From the IMG/VR virus record IMGVR_UViG_3300043419_000459, positions 1 through 64,000 of that record: DNA of 64,000 nt; one strand, written 5' to 3'. Below the pieces are notes generated by a model. The model searched no databases, was not told where the DNA came from, and saw only the letters and a list, made by a program, of their open reading frames with translations. The stretch's first letter is position 1; each line of letters opens with the position of its first letter. The DNA comes from a virus. Below are positions 9,192 to 18,896 of this stretch, one piece after another. The position numbers were made by a program, and so were the translations under genes.

Positions 9192-11882
9192 TTATGCAGT
9201 TCTTGCTACACCATAACTTCTACGAGCCTGATTTAATAACGATTGTTGTAATACTTTACCATTGATATTTACTTGTGTATCATTTGTAGTATTATCACTT
9301 ATTTGTTGTAAAAATTGAGCATTAATTCCTAATAATGCAATCATTTCATTTTGCAACTTTATACTATATTGAGATTCTGATAATAATTTAGTTTGCTTTT
9401 CAATTCCTTGTGTCAACTTTGTCTCTTGTAATTTTGCATTTGTATTTATTGCAGCTACATTAATTTCGGATGATGCTTTATTAACTTCAACTACCTTTGC
9501 AAATGGGTCTTTTTGACCAAACATAAATCCACCACCTTGTGTTTTATTTGCAACTGCACCTATGGGTTTAACACTTACACTTGCTGGCATTTTTACACCA
9601 ATACTCTGTGTTTTTGATTCTACTCCCGAAACATTTAAACTATTTTGATATTGACTACTTAATGCGGATATCATTTGTTCGGCCATTACTTCTTTTACAA
9701 ATTTATTTTGCAAATCTTTAATATCTTCTTCGGCCGCAAGTGTTGCTGCTTTTATTCTAAAAGATTGTTCTAATGCAAGGCCTTGAAGTCTCATTTGTTG
9801 TTCAACTCCCAACATTTGCAATCTTTCTTTTTGTTCAAATTCTAAACTTTCTTTTCTGAATTTTTGTTCCAATGCAAGTTTCGCTGCTTCATTTGCAATA
9901 TCTTGATTTAGTGCACCATTTGCTATGGCTGCGCCTGTTTTTTGTGCATTCTTTTCCGAAATAGTTCCCGCTACACTACCACCTTTGGATTGAGTTAAAT
10001 TCATCAATTCATTAATATCCATACCGGTAGCCTGTCCTAATGCCTGTTTTTGGAATGCATTCATTGAATTTATATCAACACCACCCAATGCCGTTTTTAA
10101 TGCAGATGCACCACCTGCCATATCTCCAGCCATCAATTTAGCTCTAACTTCCGATAGGTTTACATTCTTACCCAACATTGCAGACAAACTCATCTCAGCT
10201 TTGATACTATCTTTGTAGTTTAAAACCATAGAATCCGATGCTTTTGACATCGCACTCATAGATGTATTCATTTTTGCCAACAATACGGCTTGCGATGCAA
10301 ATTGTGAAGTTGTAAAGTTTGAATATTTAAATATTTCTTCCTGTGAGTCAGCCATTTGCTTAAATAACTGAGCTGGTGACATATCATTCAACTTTGCAAA
10401 TGCACCTACACCTGCTGCCATATTTGCACCAGTTTCTGCAGATGATTTATCCATCAAACGAAATGTATTACTCATTGATAATACATCATCTGCCGATGAT
10501 TTATATTGTGATGCAAGTCCAGCTGCTGCAGTTGCTAATTTAATTTGAGATGATAATCCAGTTGCCAATGAAATACCAACATTTTTTACAGTATCCAAAA
10601 CTGCTTCGGTTGATGAACCTATTGCCTGTAATGCTCTTTCTGAAACTGATATAGATGATTTAAATCTACCCATATCACTCGTAAACAATGCTTTTCTTCG
10701 AGCATTATTTGCATCTAATGTTTGTGATTCTTGGTTTTGTCTAAATTGGATTTGGTCTTTTAGTAAACTATTTTCGTAATTAATACCATCCTTTACTAAA
10801 CTCTGGTCATATTGTAAAGCATCATTTGCTAAACTTTTATTATATTCAAAATTATCTTCTGCGGCTTGTCTTTGTAATTTTCTTGGTAAACCATAGTTGA
10901 ATTCTGTGATTATATTTCTATATTCTTTAGAACCCTTCATTGCGTCTTTACCAGCTTCTTCCAAATTTCCACCGGTCAATGCGGCCATTCTTATAGCAGT
11001 TTTTGCAGCTCCTCCACTATTAAAGAAATTTGCAGCTGCCATAATTGCACCCGTTGCTAATCCAATAGGGCCTAAGAATCGTGCAACACCACCCAACATA
11101 CCAACCATACCTTTACCGGCCTGTCCTAACATACCGGCTGCACCTCTTTTGCTTTGTAAATTACCTACAACTTCACCTATACTACCGGCACCCTTTCCAC
11201 CTCTAAATTTTTTAGTTACACTTAGAAACTTATCCAATCCTTTACCAAATCCCGTATTAGACAACATTTCACCCGCTTCACCCATAGCTTGCATATCTTG
11301 TGCGGCCGCCTGTGCTGCCGGGCCCATCTTTTCTAATACTTCTAACTGTGCTTCTAATACTTTTTTTAAGTCTTTACCATCTTCCGTAGTAGTATCTATG
11401 GTCTTTATGAATGCTTTCTGTTCTTCTATTTGTTTTTGTATTATATCCTTAATTTCGTTGTTATTTTTCTTAACAGGAATTAATGAATCTAATATTTTTG
11501 TTACAGAATATACGGAATCTTTATATCCACCTGCTACTTTATATGTAGCGTCTTTTTGTTCGTTTGTTAAAGTTGTTGTTGTTTTTAGAATGGATGCTAT
11601 TCCATTCATTTGTATTTTGGTTGAGTTTAATATTTTACCAGTTTCTTTGTAAAAATTATTATTTTCACCAACTTTGCCGGCAATACTTTTTAAAACACCA
11701 TTATATTCTTTTGCATCATCAAGTTGGTCGGCCATCAACTTGGTCTGCGTCTTCATCTCTTTAGTAATCCTATCTAATGCTTTGAGTTTTTCCGCAACAT
11801 CATTAGCATCCGTTACAGACGCTTGATTTATTCTAGCATATTCTTGCTCTAATTTAGAAAGTGATTTTTTACTAGTAGCCAT
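9192..11882 (-). CDS. tape measure protein
   Basis: 896-aa helical Ala/Gln-rich ORF with a Gly-rich hydrophobic segment and C-terminal VNINGK; downstream of tube and chaperone genes. Confidence 0.75.
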   Translation of the reverse strand: MATSKKSLSKLEQEYARINQASVTDANDVAEKLKALDRITKEMKTQTKLMADQLDDAKEYNGVLKSIAGKVGENNNFYKETGKILNSTKIQMNGIASILKTTTTLTNEQKDATYKVAGGYKDSVYSVTKILDSLIPVKKNNNEIKDIIQKQIEEQKAFIKTIDTTTEDGKDLKKVLEAQLEVLEKMGPAAQAAAQDMQAMGEAGEMLSNTGFGKGLDKFLSVTKKFRGGKGAGSIGEVVGNLQSKRGAAGMLGQAGKGMVGMLGGVARFLGPIGLATGAIMAAANFFNSGGAAKTAIRMAALTGGNLEEAGKDAMKGSKEYRNIITEFNYGLPRKLQRQAAEDNFEYNKSLANDALQYDQSLVKDGINYENSLLKDQIQFRQNQESQTLDANNARRKALFTSDMGRFKSSISVSERALQAIGSSTEAVLDTVKNVGISLATGLSSQIKLATAAAGLASQYKSSADDVLSMSNTFRLMDKSSAETGANMAAGVGAFAKLNDMSPAQLFKQMADSQEEIFKYSNFTTSQFASQAVLLAKMNTSMSAMSKASDSMVLNYKDSIKAEMSLSAMLGKNVNLSEVRAKLMAGDMAGGASALKTALGGVDINSMNAFQKQALGQATGMDINELMNLTQSKGGSVAGTISEKNAQKTGAAIANGALNQDIANEAAKLALEQKFRKESLEFEQKERLQMLGVEQQMRLQGLALEQSFRIKAATLAAEEDIKDLQNKFVKEVMAEQMISALSSQYQNSLNVSGVESKTQSIGVKMPASVSVKPIGAVANKTQGGGFMFGQKDPFAKVVEVNKASSEINVAAINTNAKLQETKLTQGIEKQTKLLSESQYSIKLQNEMIALLGINAQFLQQISDNTTNDTQVNINGKVLQQSLLNQARRSYGVARTA

Positions 11883-11885
11883 TTA

Positions 11886-12140
11886 TTATGCTTTGTCGTA
11901 GTATTTATCTAAAAATGCATCAATTTCAGTTGTATCTAATCCTCTTTTTTGTAATACGGATTTTAATTTTAATTGACCTGATACAATTGAGTCATCCAAA
12001 TCTTTAAATGCTTTACTTAATTCAGGATTTGCATATTTAATTTTAGAAATAAATTTTTCTTCACTACCTTTAGTTTTAGCCTTAAAAAAAGTATCTAATA
12101 ATTTTTGAAATATATTTCTTTCGAATATTAATTTGGACAT
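11886..12140 (-). CDS. hypothetical protein
   Basis: 84-aa ORF with its own ATATTTATA motif at 12158-12166. Confidence 0.6.
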   Translation of the reverse strand: MSKLIFERNIFQKLLDTFFKAKTKGSEEKFISKIKYANPELSKAFKDLDDSIVSGQLKLKSVLQKRGLDTTEIDAFLDKYYDKA

Positions 12141-12179
12141 GACTTTATAATCTTTTATATAAATATAAAATAAAATGGT

Positions 12180-12407
12180 TTATCTTCTTCTTGTAGATGA
12201 TGCTTTGGGTGAATTGGTTATTTTTTCCATAGCAGATGCCTCTGATTCTTTAGTGGATAACAACTCATTCCAATAAAATTCTCTTAATTTAACTGGCATA
12301 AAATAAACATCATGCCAATTGAATCCACCATTTGATGAATATACTAAATTAAATATTTTTTTGTGTAAATATTGAGAATAATTAGTCGGCAGGGTAAAAA
12401 AAGTCAA
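12180..12407 (-). CDS. gp51-like / lambda gpT-like tail assembly chaperone portion, probably reached by frameshift
   Basis: IFNLVY..GGFNW.DVY.MPV.LR.FY motif; only a TTG start; overlaps the upstream gene across a T7 run. Confidence 0.6.
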   Translation of the reverse strand: MTFFTLPTNYSQYLHKKIFNLVYSSNGGFNWHDVYFMPVKLREFYWNELLSTKESEASAMEKITNSPKASSTRRR

Positions 12408-13200
12408 TCCCTACTGGGACACTCAGCGCCTCCGTTTCGCCGGTAAATGGAGATGTATAATTAAATACTAAATCTATATTTGGAGATATTTGGTTTATAT
12501 ATTTTCTCAATGCTTTTGAATCGGCTGCTAATAATTGATTTGCAACAAAATTACTTATATATCCTAAATCTCTATTACCATTTACTTCGGTAATGATTCT
12601 CCTATAACGAGCTTGAATTTCGTTTCCTTGTTTAGATATTTTTTCACTTGCTTCCACATCTTTTGCAATAACCAATTCATCACTATGTGTCATTATTTTA
12701 AACTTAATAGGAGTATTTGTTTTTGGAAGAACAAATTCATATTCATTGTTTCTATTTAGTTTACTTTCATCTACTTCTTTTATAGAAAGTTTTGACATAT
12801 CAACAGTTACTTCTACCGGAGTATTTTCTGATGGGTCATTTACCGTTATGGTATATTCTGGGCCAAATGCTAATATTCTACTTGCAATTAATATTGCATT
12901 TTTATCACCAATGATTAAATCACCAATATTGATAGATGAATCAACTATAATGCTTTCTAATAATTTATCTAATTGAATTCCTTTTCTAATTAGATTAGTG
13001 GAAGTGAGAATATCTTCTTCTTTTGCAGTTAATAGTTTCACAGTAACTTCACCTTTTGATAATGGTGACGTTTCTGAGTAAACTAATCCTTTTGATGGTA
13101 AACTAATAACTTCGGTTGGAAATGGGTATGATTTTTGTCCTTGTTGTTGAAATCCACCTAAACCTCTAGTAACTTGTTGTTCTACATTTTGTTGTTCCAT
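12382..13200 (-). CDS. gp26-like baseplate hub assembly / tail assembly chaperone
   Basis: LPSKG..Y, TAKEEDIL, GDKNAILIASRILAFG and C-terminal DFFYP; sits between tube and tape measure genes. Confidence 0.75.
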   Translation of the reverse strand: MEQQNVEQQVTRGLGGFQQQGQKSYPFPTEVISLPSKGLVYSETSPLSKGEVTVKLLTAKEEDILTSTNLIRKGIQLDKLLESIIVDSSINIGDLIIGDKNAILIASRILAFGPEYTITVNDPSENTPVEVTVDMSKLSIKEVDESKLNRNNEYEFVLPKTNTPIKFKIMTHSDELVIAKDVEASEKISKQGNEIQARYRRIITEVNGNRDLGYISNFVANQLLAADSKALRKYINQISPNIDLVFNYTSPFTGETEALSVPVGIDFFYPAD

Positions 13201-13240
13201 AATATAACTTTTGTCTTTATTATATATATTATGTTTTTCA

Positions 13241-13280
13241 AAAAATAAAAAAGGGATACTTTGTGGGTACCCCTTTGTTT
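13241..13280 (-). terminator. rho-independent terminator after the tail tube gene
   Basis: Minus strand reads AAAGGGGTAC-CCACAAA-GTATCCCTTT followed by a U tract. Confidence 0.75.
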
Positions 13281-13296
13281 TATAATTTTATTTAGA

Positions 13297-13785
13297 TTAG
13301 TATTCTAATATAGCGTAATCGTAAGATAAAGTCAATTCAATTGACAATGGGTCGTTTGATGCCCAATCCAATTCACCAAAGTTTGCTGAGTTGATAAATG
13401 CACCTTTTAAAGTCCATTGTTCTACTTTATCACCAACTGGCCCTAATAAAAAGAACGTAACATCTTTTTTATAGAAAGCAGCGTATCCATCTCTACCCGT
13501 TAATGACTCATGTGATTGTCTAACCCACTCCATAACTTGCTGTGCACCAGATGGTACAATTGGGTCATAAAGAGTGATAGTAACATCATCCCATGTAGAC
13601 TTTCCTTTAATCTTTCTCTTTACATTGATATGGTCTAATTCAACAACTTCCGATGTGAATGTAGGTCTATTCGCAGTTTTGATGATATATGATTCTATAC
13701 CATTTATTTCCATAATGAATCTATTACCTAACTTTGGTTCAAAATTCTTATAGAACATTTTATCAAACTCTAATATTTCTGGCAT
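13297..13785 (-). CDS. gp19: tail tube protein (gp19-like)
   Basis: FEPK..NRF, KGKSTWDDVTITLYDP, EQWTLKGAF..FGELDW and LSYDYA; follows the sheath gene. Confidence 0.9.
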   Translation of the reverse strand: MPEILEFDKMFYKNFEPKLGNRFIMEINGIESYIIKTANRPTFTSEVVELDHINVKRKIKGKSTWDDVTITLYDPIVPSGAQQVMEWVRQSHESLTGRDGYAAFYKKDVTFFLLGPVGDKVEQWTLKGAFINSANFGELDWASNDPLSIELTLSYDYAILEY

Positions 13786-13831
13786 TTTACTTTATTTTTT
13801 AATTCTTTTATATAAATATCTGTTTTCTAAA

Positions 13832-16093
13832 TTATGCGTTAAATGCTGCTCCGGTTGGTAAGATGTTGAAATCAATTTGAATGAATTCAGCGGTCTTAGT
13901 TGGTTGTAAGTAGATAGCACCTTTCATAATGTTTCTATCAATTACATCAGGAGTATTATTTGAATCATCCATTACAACACGGAATGCGTACAAACCTTGT
14001 CTTTGTTGAATTGACTCTAAATAAGGGTTAACGATATTTAAGAATCTATTTCTTGTTTCAGAAGTATTTTGTTCAAATACTAAATATCTTGAAGTAGATG
14101 CGATATATTTTCTTACAGTTAACAACAATCTTCTCACATTGATTCTGTCTAATGCTGATGGTTTGTCTTGTAATGTTTTTTGTCCAAATACTACGATACC
14201 TTGTCCTGGGAATTGTACGATTGGGTTTACTTTACCTTCATATAATTCATCTTTTTCAGATTGAGTTAATCTATTCAATACACTAACTGCTCCTACCAAT
14301 CCACCTCTATTCAAACCTGCCGGTGCGAACCATTCTGCTGCTACTCTATCGTTTGCTGCGAATACACCTGGAAGTAATACTGATGGTGGAACTGTGATTA
14401 ATTTATTTGTATTAATATCGATTGTTTTAACCCAAGGATAATAAGTTGCTGCGTAGTTTGTGTCCAATTCACCTGCTTTAGTGATTGTTGTAGATAACGC
14501 TAAATCAGAATCACCCATTTCGGTAATGAAGAATGCGTCTGCTCTTTGTTCAACCATATCAACAATTGCAGTATGTATATATGAGTGGTCATTCTTCGTA
14601 ACACCAGGTGCTACAACCATATTGATATCAAATTCATCTGCATTTGATAAAGCGTTGATTGCTTTCATATATGCAATTGAACCGGATGCAGATGGTGATG
14701 ATAAATTAAATCCTTGTGTGTTTCCTGCAGAAATGTCTGAACCTTTGTAAATTGGAGTTGCTGGACTCATTCCGTCAAATCCATGTTGAAATGCTACAAC
14801 AAATTGTGCTCTAGAATCACCAACTACTAAATTATTTTGAGAAACCGTATCTAATCCAAATTCTGGATTAACTGCGTTTGATGCACCATTTGGAATCGGT
14901 CTCATATATAGTTTATTATCACTATTATTATCCAAATCTATACCAGGGAATAATGTTGAACCAGATTGTGCAACTGAACCAGTTGAGAATGATACAGGTG
15001 GTATCAATGATAACATTCCAGCTGAACCTGATACGATTGAATGATATGATTCGTGTCCGAATGGAACGGCTTGAACCGGTGCATTTACATTTAAATCTTT
15101 AATTCTAATATATTTTGAGTTATTAACCCAATCACCTGTTTCTGTTATTTTACCGAAAGAATCAATTGATAATTTTCTATCACCAATCACTCTACTAATA
15201 AAGTTTGGAGAATTAGGGTCTAAGTTTACGTTAGACCAAGTTTCTAATACAGTCTTTTTCTTATCAGTATCACCATATGCTCTAACAACTACCGTAAATG
15301 TTCCATAATCGGTACCATTTACACTACCAGCTGCTTTAATATTTGTAATACCAACTTTTATTTTTGTATTTGTAGAATTACCAACACCCAATGTTTCAAA
15401 TTGGAAAAGATTAAATCTTTGACCACTTATCAATTGTGATTCGATTATTGGAGTCTGTGCTTCTTGTGCATCCATTGTGAACGATTGGTTTCCTAATACA
15501 GATGCAGTTATTGAAACTCCACTTGCAAAATTTATAGCCGAACTATTTTTGAAGAATGCGTATGAATATGCCGTTTTAGCGCCAAATGGAGAAGTTCCAA
15601 ATACAGCTTCAATGTCATTTCCATCGGATGAATCTAAAGAAGCCGATATTGATAAACTTCCACTATCCGTTACTAATTTAAAAGTACCATCTCCTAAATC
15701 ATTTGCAGTGGTTGGTGTAGTTCCACCAAAACCAACATTATTATTGGTAGATGTATTAAATAAAATACCCAAACTAGCTGATACTGAACCCGATGTTGCT
15801 TTTAATAACAACGGTGCTACTTCGGTGTATCCACCAACTCCGGCTACTCTACAAATAGTTGCAGTTCCTGCTTCTCTTAAATAATTTTGTACTGCTAATG
15901 GGGTATAATATGTTCCATCAGCTGCTCCAAATAATTGTTCGAATTCAGCTTGTGAATTTACAATTGTTGGAACTACTGGTCCTTCATTGAAAGGGCCTAT
16001 GAATGCTGCACCTATTTCTGCTACACCTTGTTGTAAGAATGAAAGGTCGTTTTCTCTAGTGAAAACACCTGGTGATACCATTTTTTCTGCCAT
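13832..16093 (-). CDS. gp18: tail sheath protein (gp18-like)
   Basis: SPGVFTRENDLS, WFAPAGLNRG, VNPI..FPGQG.VVFGQKTL, LDRINVRRL and FEQN. Confidence 0.95.
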   Translation of the reverse strand: MAEKMVSPGVFTRENDLSFLQQGVAEIGAAFIGPFNEGPVVPTIVNSQAEFEQLFGAADGTYYTPLAVQNYLREAGTATICRVAGVGGYTEVAPLLLKATSGSVSASLGILFNTSTNNNVGFGGTTPTTANDLGDGTFKLVTDSGSLSISASLDSSDGNDIEAVFGTSPFGAKTAYSYAFFKNSSAINFASGVSITASVLGNQSFTMDAQEAQTPIIESQLISGQRFNLFQFETLGVGNSTNTKIKVGITNIKAAGSVNGTDYGTFTVVVRAYGDTDKKKTVLETWSNVNLDPNSPNFISRVIGDRKLSIDSFGKITETGDWVNNSKYIRIKDLNVNAPVQAVPFGHESYHSIVSGSAGMLSLIPPVSFSTGSVAQSGSTLFPGIDLDNNSDNKLYMRPIPNGASNAVNPEFGLDTVSQNNLVVGDSRAQFVVAFQHGFDGMSPATPIYKGSDISAGNTQGFNLSSPSASGSIAYMKAINALSNADEFDINMVVAPGVTKNDHSYIHTAIVDMVEQRADAFFITEMGDSDLALSTTITKAGELDTNYAATYYPWVKTIDINTNKLITVPPSVLLPGVFAANDRVAAEWFAPAGLNRGGLVGAVSVLNRLTQSEKDELYEGKVNPIVQFPGQGIVVFGQKTLQDKPSALDRINVRRLLLTVRKYIASTSRYLVFEQNTSETRNRFLNIVNPYLESIQQRQGLYAFRVVMDDSNNTPDVIDRNIMKGAIYLQPTKTAEFIQIDFNILPTGAAFNA

Positions 16094-16165
16094 TTTATAT
16101 GCTTTAATTTAAATTTATTAATTCTCAATATAAATATAATATTTCAACCCAAAACAACAATTATT

Positions 16166-17884
16166 TTATTTGTAGGTTGGTGAGAAATAGTTGTATATAT
16201 TTGTTATGTTTGTCGAATTTAATTGTGTGTTATAGAATAATACAGGTCCTAATTGTCCATTGAAATAATAGTTATTATCACCATACCCACCACCAACTTG
16301 AATTAAAGCAGATGTTGTGTAATCTTTTGAACCATTTGATACCGTTCCTCTTGATGTAGAATCCATATAAGCAACGTTTGTACCATTCAATGCTGCAGTA
16401 TAAGAAATCATATACCAAACGTTTGTAGATAGTGTAAATGTATTACTATTAAATTGTACAGATGTTCCATCATGTATGAAATAAGTACCACTACCATTTG
16501 AATTTAAATACAATGCAATTTCTCTTGTTCCACCACTATTTTGTTTACCAAAAATTTGATAATATCCATTTGCAGGATGTGATGTAAATCTAACCCAAGC
16601 TACAACCGAATATGCCGATGTATTGAATTGTGTATATCCACCATTTATGTTAGTCGTTCCATCTTTATACCAAAACTTATTTGATGATAATGACCAATAC
16701 TTTTCTTTTCTACTTGCTCCCGCATTATATGATGGATTACCACCACTTATTCCCGCTGCATTTGAAACACCTGCAGGTCTAACACCTGTATTGTATCCAC
16801 TTAAATCTAACCAATCCGCAGTATCTGTTCCACCAGTTGACAATGCTTTAGATGGGTCTAAATACATTCTTAAACCACTTGCAGGTATTGCTGGTTGTGT
16901 TGTTGTTCCTTTGTTGTGAGAAATTAAACCATTTGAAATATACACATCGGCATTTTCCACATTTACAGTTACAATTTCAACATCTTCTCTTACTATTTCT
17001 ATATCAACAACTTCAACTTCGGTTTCATCTTGCATTACCAATCTATCTCCAGGCAATATATCACCTACATTTTTGAATTTATATTTTCCAATCTCATTAT
17101 CCCAAACATATAATGGGTGAGTTTCGGTTGCTTTAATTAGACCATTATTAAGTGAGAAATATCCTTCTGCGAAATTAAAAGTCAAATCACTAACAGTTAC
17201 AATTTGTGCTGAACCTGATAATACTTCCGAATGATAAAATCTCCATTCAACTTCATCACTTTCCGGGTCTTGTGTTTCATCCGGTAGTCCTGCAGGTACC
17301 CAAGATTTAATTTGGTCACCAACATTCAAATCTTCAACATTTACCATTGTACCATTTGCCAATTCAATTTGTGTACCGAATAATAAACAAAAATCAGGTT
17401 CGTTAATAGTATTGTAAACATCTACTGCGTATAATACTTTTGTTGTTGCCGAACCATAGTTAGTAGCGTTTAGATTATATCCATCAGCATATGCCATAGT
17501 TAAAGTAGCCGATGCTTCCGAATATGTAGTCGTTCCTACTGCTGCCGGAGTTATTGGAAATATTGTTGGGCCATTTAATACAGTTCTACTACCTGTTGAA
17601 AAATTTGAATTATTAAAAGAACAAGTATAGTTATTATATTGTTGTTGTACTTTTGAATAAAACAAAGAACCCGTAGATGCAAACGTAAAATTTGCATTCT
17701 CAGTTGTACTTTCTACTATATATGTAAATGTAGGAGGTGTTACAGTAATCGAATCGGTTGCAAATCCTATCATAGAACTATTTGTAGCAGTTCCTGATAG
17801 TCCACCTAATGATACTTGTCCACTTCTTGCAGAACCACTAACGGCTCTAAATAAATTTCCTAATGATAAGTTTGTCCTTGGCAT
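16166..17884 (-). CDS. virion tip/adhesin-like protein with an internal Hint (intein-like) domain and a C-terminal LamG/ConA-like domain
   Basis: CLLFGTQI...TETHPL...NGLISHN Hint blocks, then a LamG-type segment YLD...WLDLSG...FNGQLG..FYN. Confidence 0.8.
   Translation of the reverse strand: MPRTNLSLGNLFRAVSGSARSGQVSLGGLSGTATNSSMIGFATDSITVTPPTFTYIVESTTENANFTFASTGSLFYSKVQQQYNNYTCSFNNSNFSTGSRTVLNGPTIFPITPAAVGTTTYSEASATLTMAYADGYNLNATNYGSATTKVLYAVDVYNTINEPDFCLLFGTQIELANGTMVNVEDLNVGDQIKSWVPAGLPDETQDPESDEVEWRFYHSEVLSGSAQIVTVSDLTFNFAEGYFSLNNGLIKATETHPLYVWDNEIGKYKFKNVGDILPGDRLVMQDETEVEVVDIEIVREDVEIVTVNVENADVYISNGLISHNKGTTTQPAIPASGLRMYLDPSKALSTGGTDTADWLDLSGYNTGVRPAGVSNAAGISGGNPSYNAGASRKEKYWSLSSNKFWYKDGTTNINGGYTQFNTSAYSVVAWVRFTSHPANGYYQIFGKQNSGGTREIALYLNSNGSGTYFIHDGTSVQFNSNTFTLSTNVWYMISYTAALNGTNVAYMDSTSRGTVSNGSKDYTTSALIQVGGGYGDNNYYFNGQLGPVLFYNTQLNSTNITNIYNYFSPTYK
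16913..17389 (-). other. Hint/BIL-type auto-processing domain (159 aa, Cys1 to His-Asn, +1 residue Lys)
   Basis: Block A C-L-x-x-G-T, block B T-x-x-H and block G S-H-N; no endonuclease domain. Confidence 0.8.
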
Positions 17885-17888
17885 ATTT

Positions 17889-18893
17889 TTATATATTATT
17901 CTCCCTATAAATATCTAAAAGTTTTTGTTTCCACACATCTTTGTTTCCAAAATATTGTATCATCCAATCTTTCAGTTTTTGAAACTCCGTTTTACGGGTT
18001 TCATAATCATCGTTACAAATCGTTTCGTAGGCTTGTTTAAATGTTTCCTTGTCAGTCGCTTTGTATTTATAATCAAGTGGTACGTGCCATCTTTCATGTA
18101 GTATTGGAAGTTTACCCCAATCCACTGCTTCAAAAATTCCGTATCCAAATGGTTCAAATTCAAAGCAAGAATGAGATATTCCCCAATCAAGTCCGTAGAA
18201 CTTTTCTTTATGTTTGTAATCAAATTTGTAAACTTTTGATTTTTCAAATTTGTATCCATATTTCTTTTTATAATATTTGTTGAATGTTTCTGAATTTGTG
18301 AAAATGTATCCACCCATTCCATCAATATATTCAACATTCTTTCTACCTTCTACTCTTGCTGCATATCCTATCTCCGTTGAGTTAGAAAGTTCTTTATTAT
18401 TTTTAAATTCATAATAATTTGGAATATGGTGTAAATTTTCTGTTTCATATGGAAAATGATACAACCCTACCCAAACTTTATTTTTAATTTTATTTATTAA
18501 CTGATTTTCATATTCCCAATTACCATACCAATGAAGGTATTCATCTTTACCCATCTGTGACAACATTGATACCTTTGTCAAATTATGAAATACGATTGAA
18601 TCGATTTTATCTAAATTATTATGTATGGCAGTTGTTGGAGTATAATGACCATGTAATATATGAATTTTTCTTGCACCTTTTAAAATTTCATCAATAACTA
18701 ACTCATTTGTTTCCCAAATGTGGTCAATATCAATTGGAAATTCTTCGTAATTATCTGGCTTCTTCCTATGGAAAAGAAGAAGTGGCTTAACTTCTAAGTT
18801 AGGAGCCACTTCTTTTATCCAATCAGTTACCCATATATCAGCACCGCTGTTGAACCAGGGTCCTCCAGCGGTGGTGTAGTATACATCATACAT
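17889..18893 (-). CDS. putative GT-B (GT4-like) glycosyltransferase
   Basis: ARVEGRKN and EPFGYGIFEAVDWGKLP (E-x7-E) motifs. Confidence 0.7.
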   Translation of the reverse strand: MYDVYYTTAGGPWFNSGADIWVTDWIKEVAPNLEVKPLLLFHRKKPDNYEEFPIDIDHIWETNELVIDEILKGARKIHILHGHYTPTTAIHNNLDKIDSIVFHNLTKVSMLSQMGKDEYLHWYGNWEYENQLINKIKNKVWVGLYHFPYETENLHHIPNYYEFKNNKELSNSTEIGYAARVEGRKNVEYIDGMGGYIFTNSETFNKYYKKKYGYKFEKSKVYKFDYKHKEKFYGLDWGISHSCFEFEPFGYGIFEAVDWGKLPILHERWHVPLDYKYKATDKETFKQAYETICNDDYETRKTEFQKLKDWMIQYFGNKDVWKQKLLDIYRENNI

Positions 18894-18896
18894 TAA

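Noticed and set aside
16913-17389. Canonical mobile intein
   Set aside because: The +1 residue is Lys, there is no homing endonuclease, and it is not in a conserved enzyme site; treated as a BIL-type Hint domain
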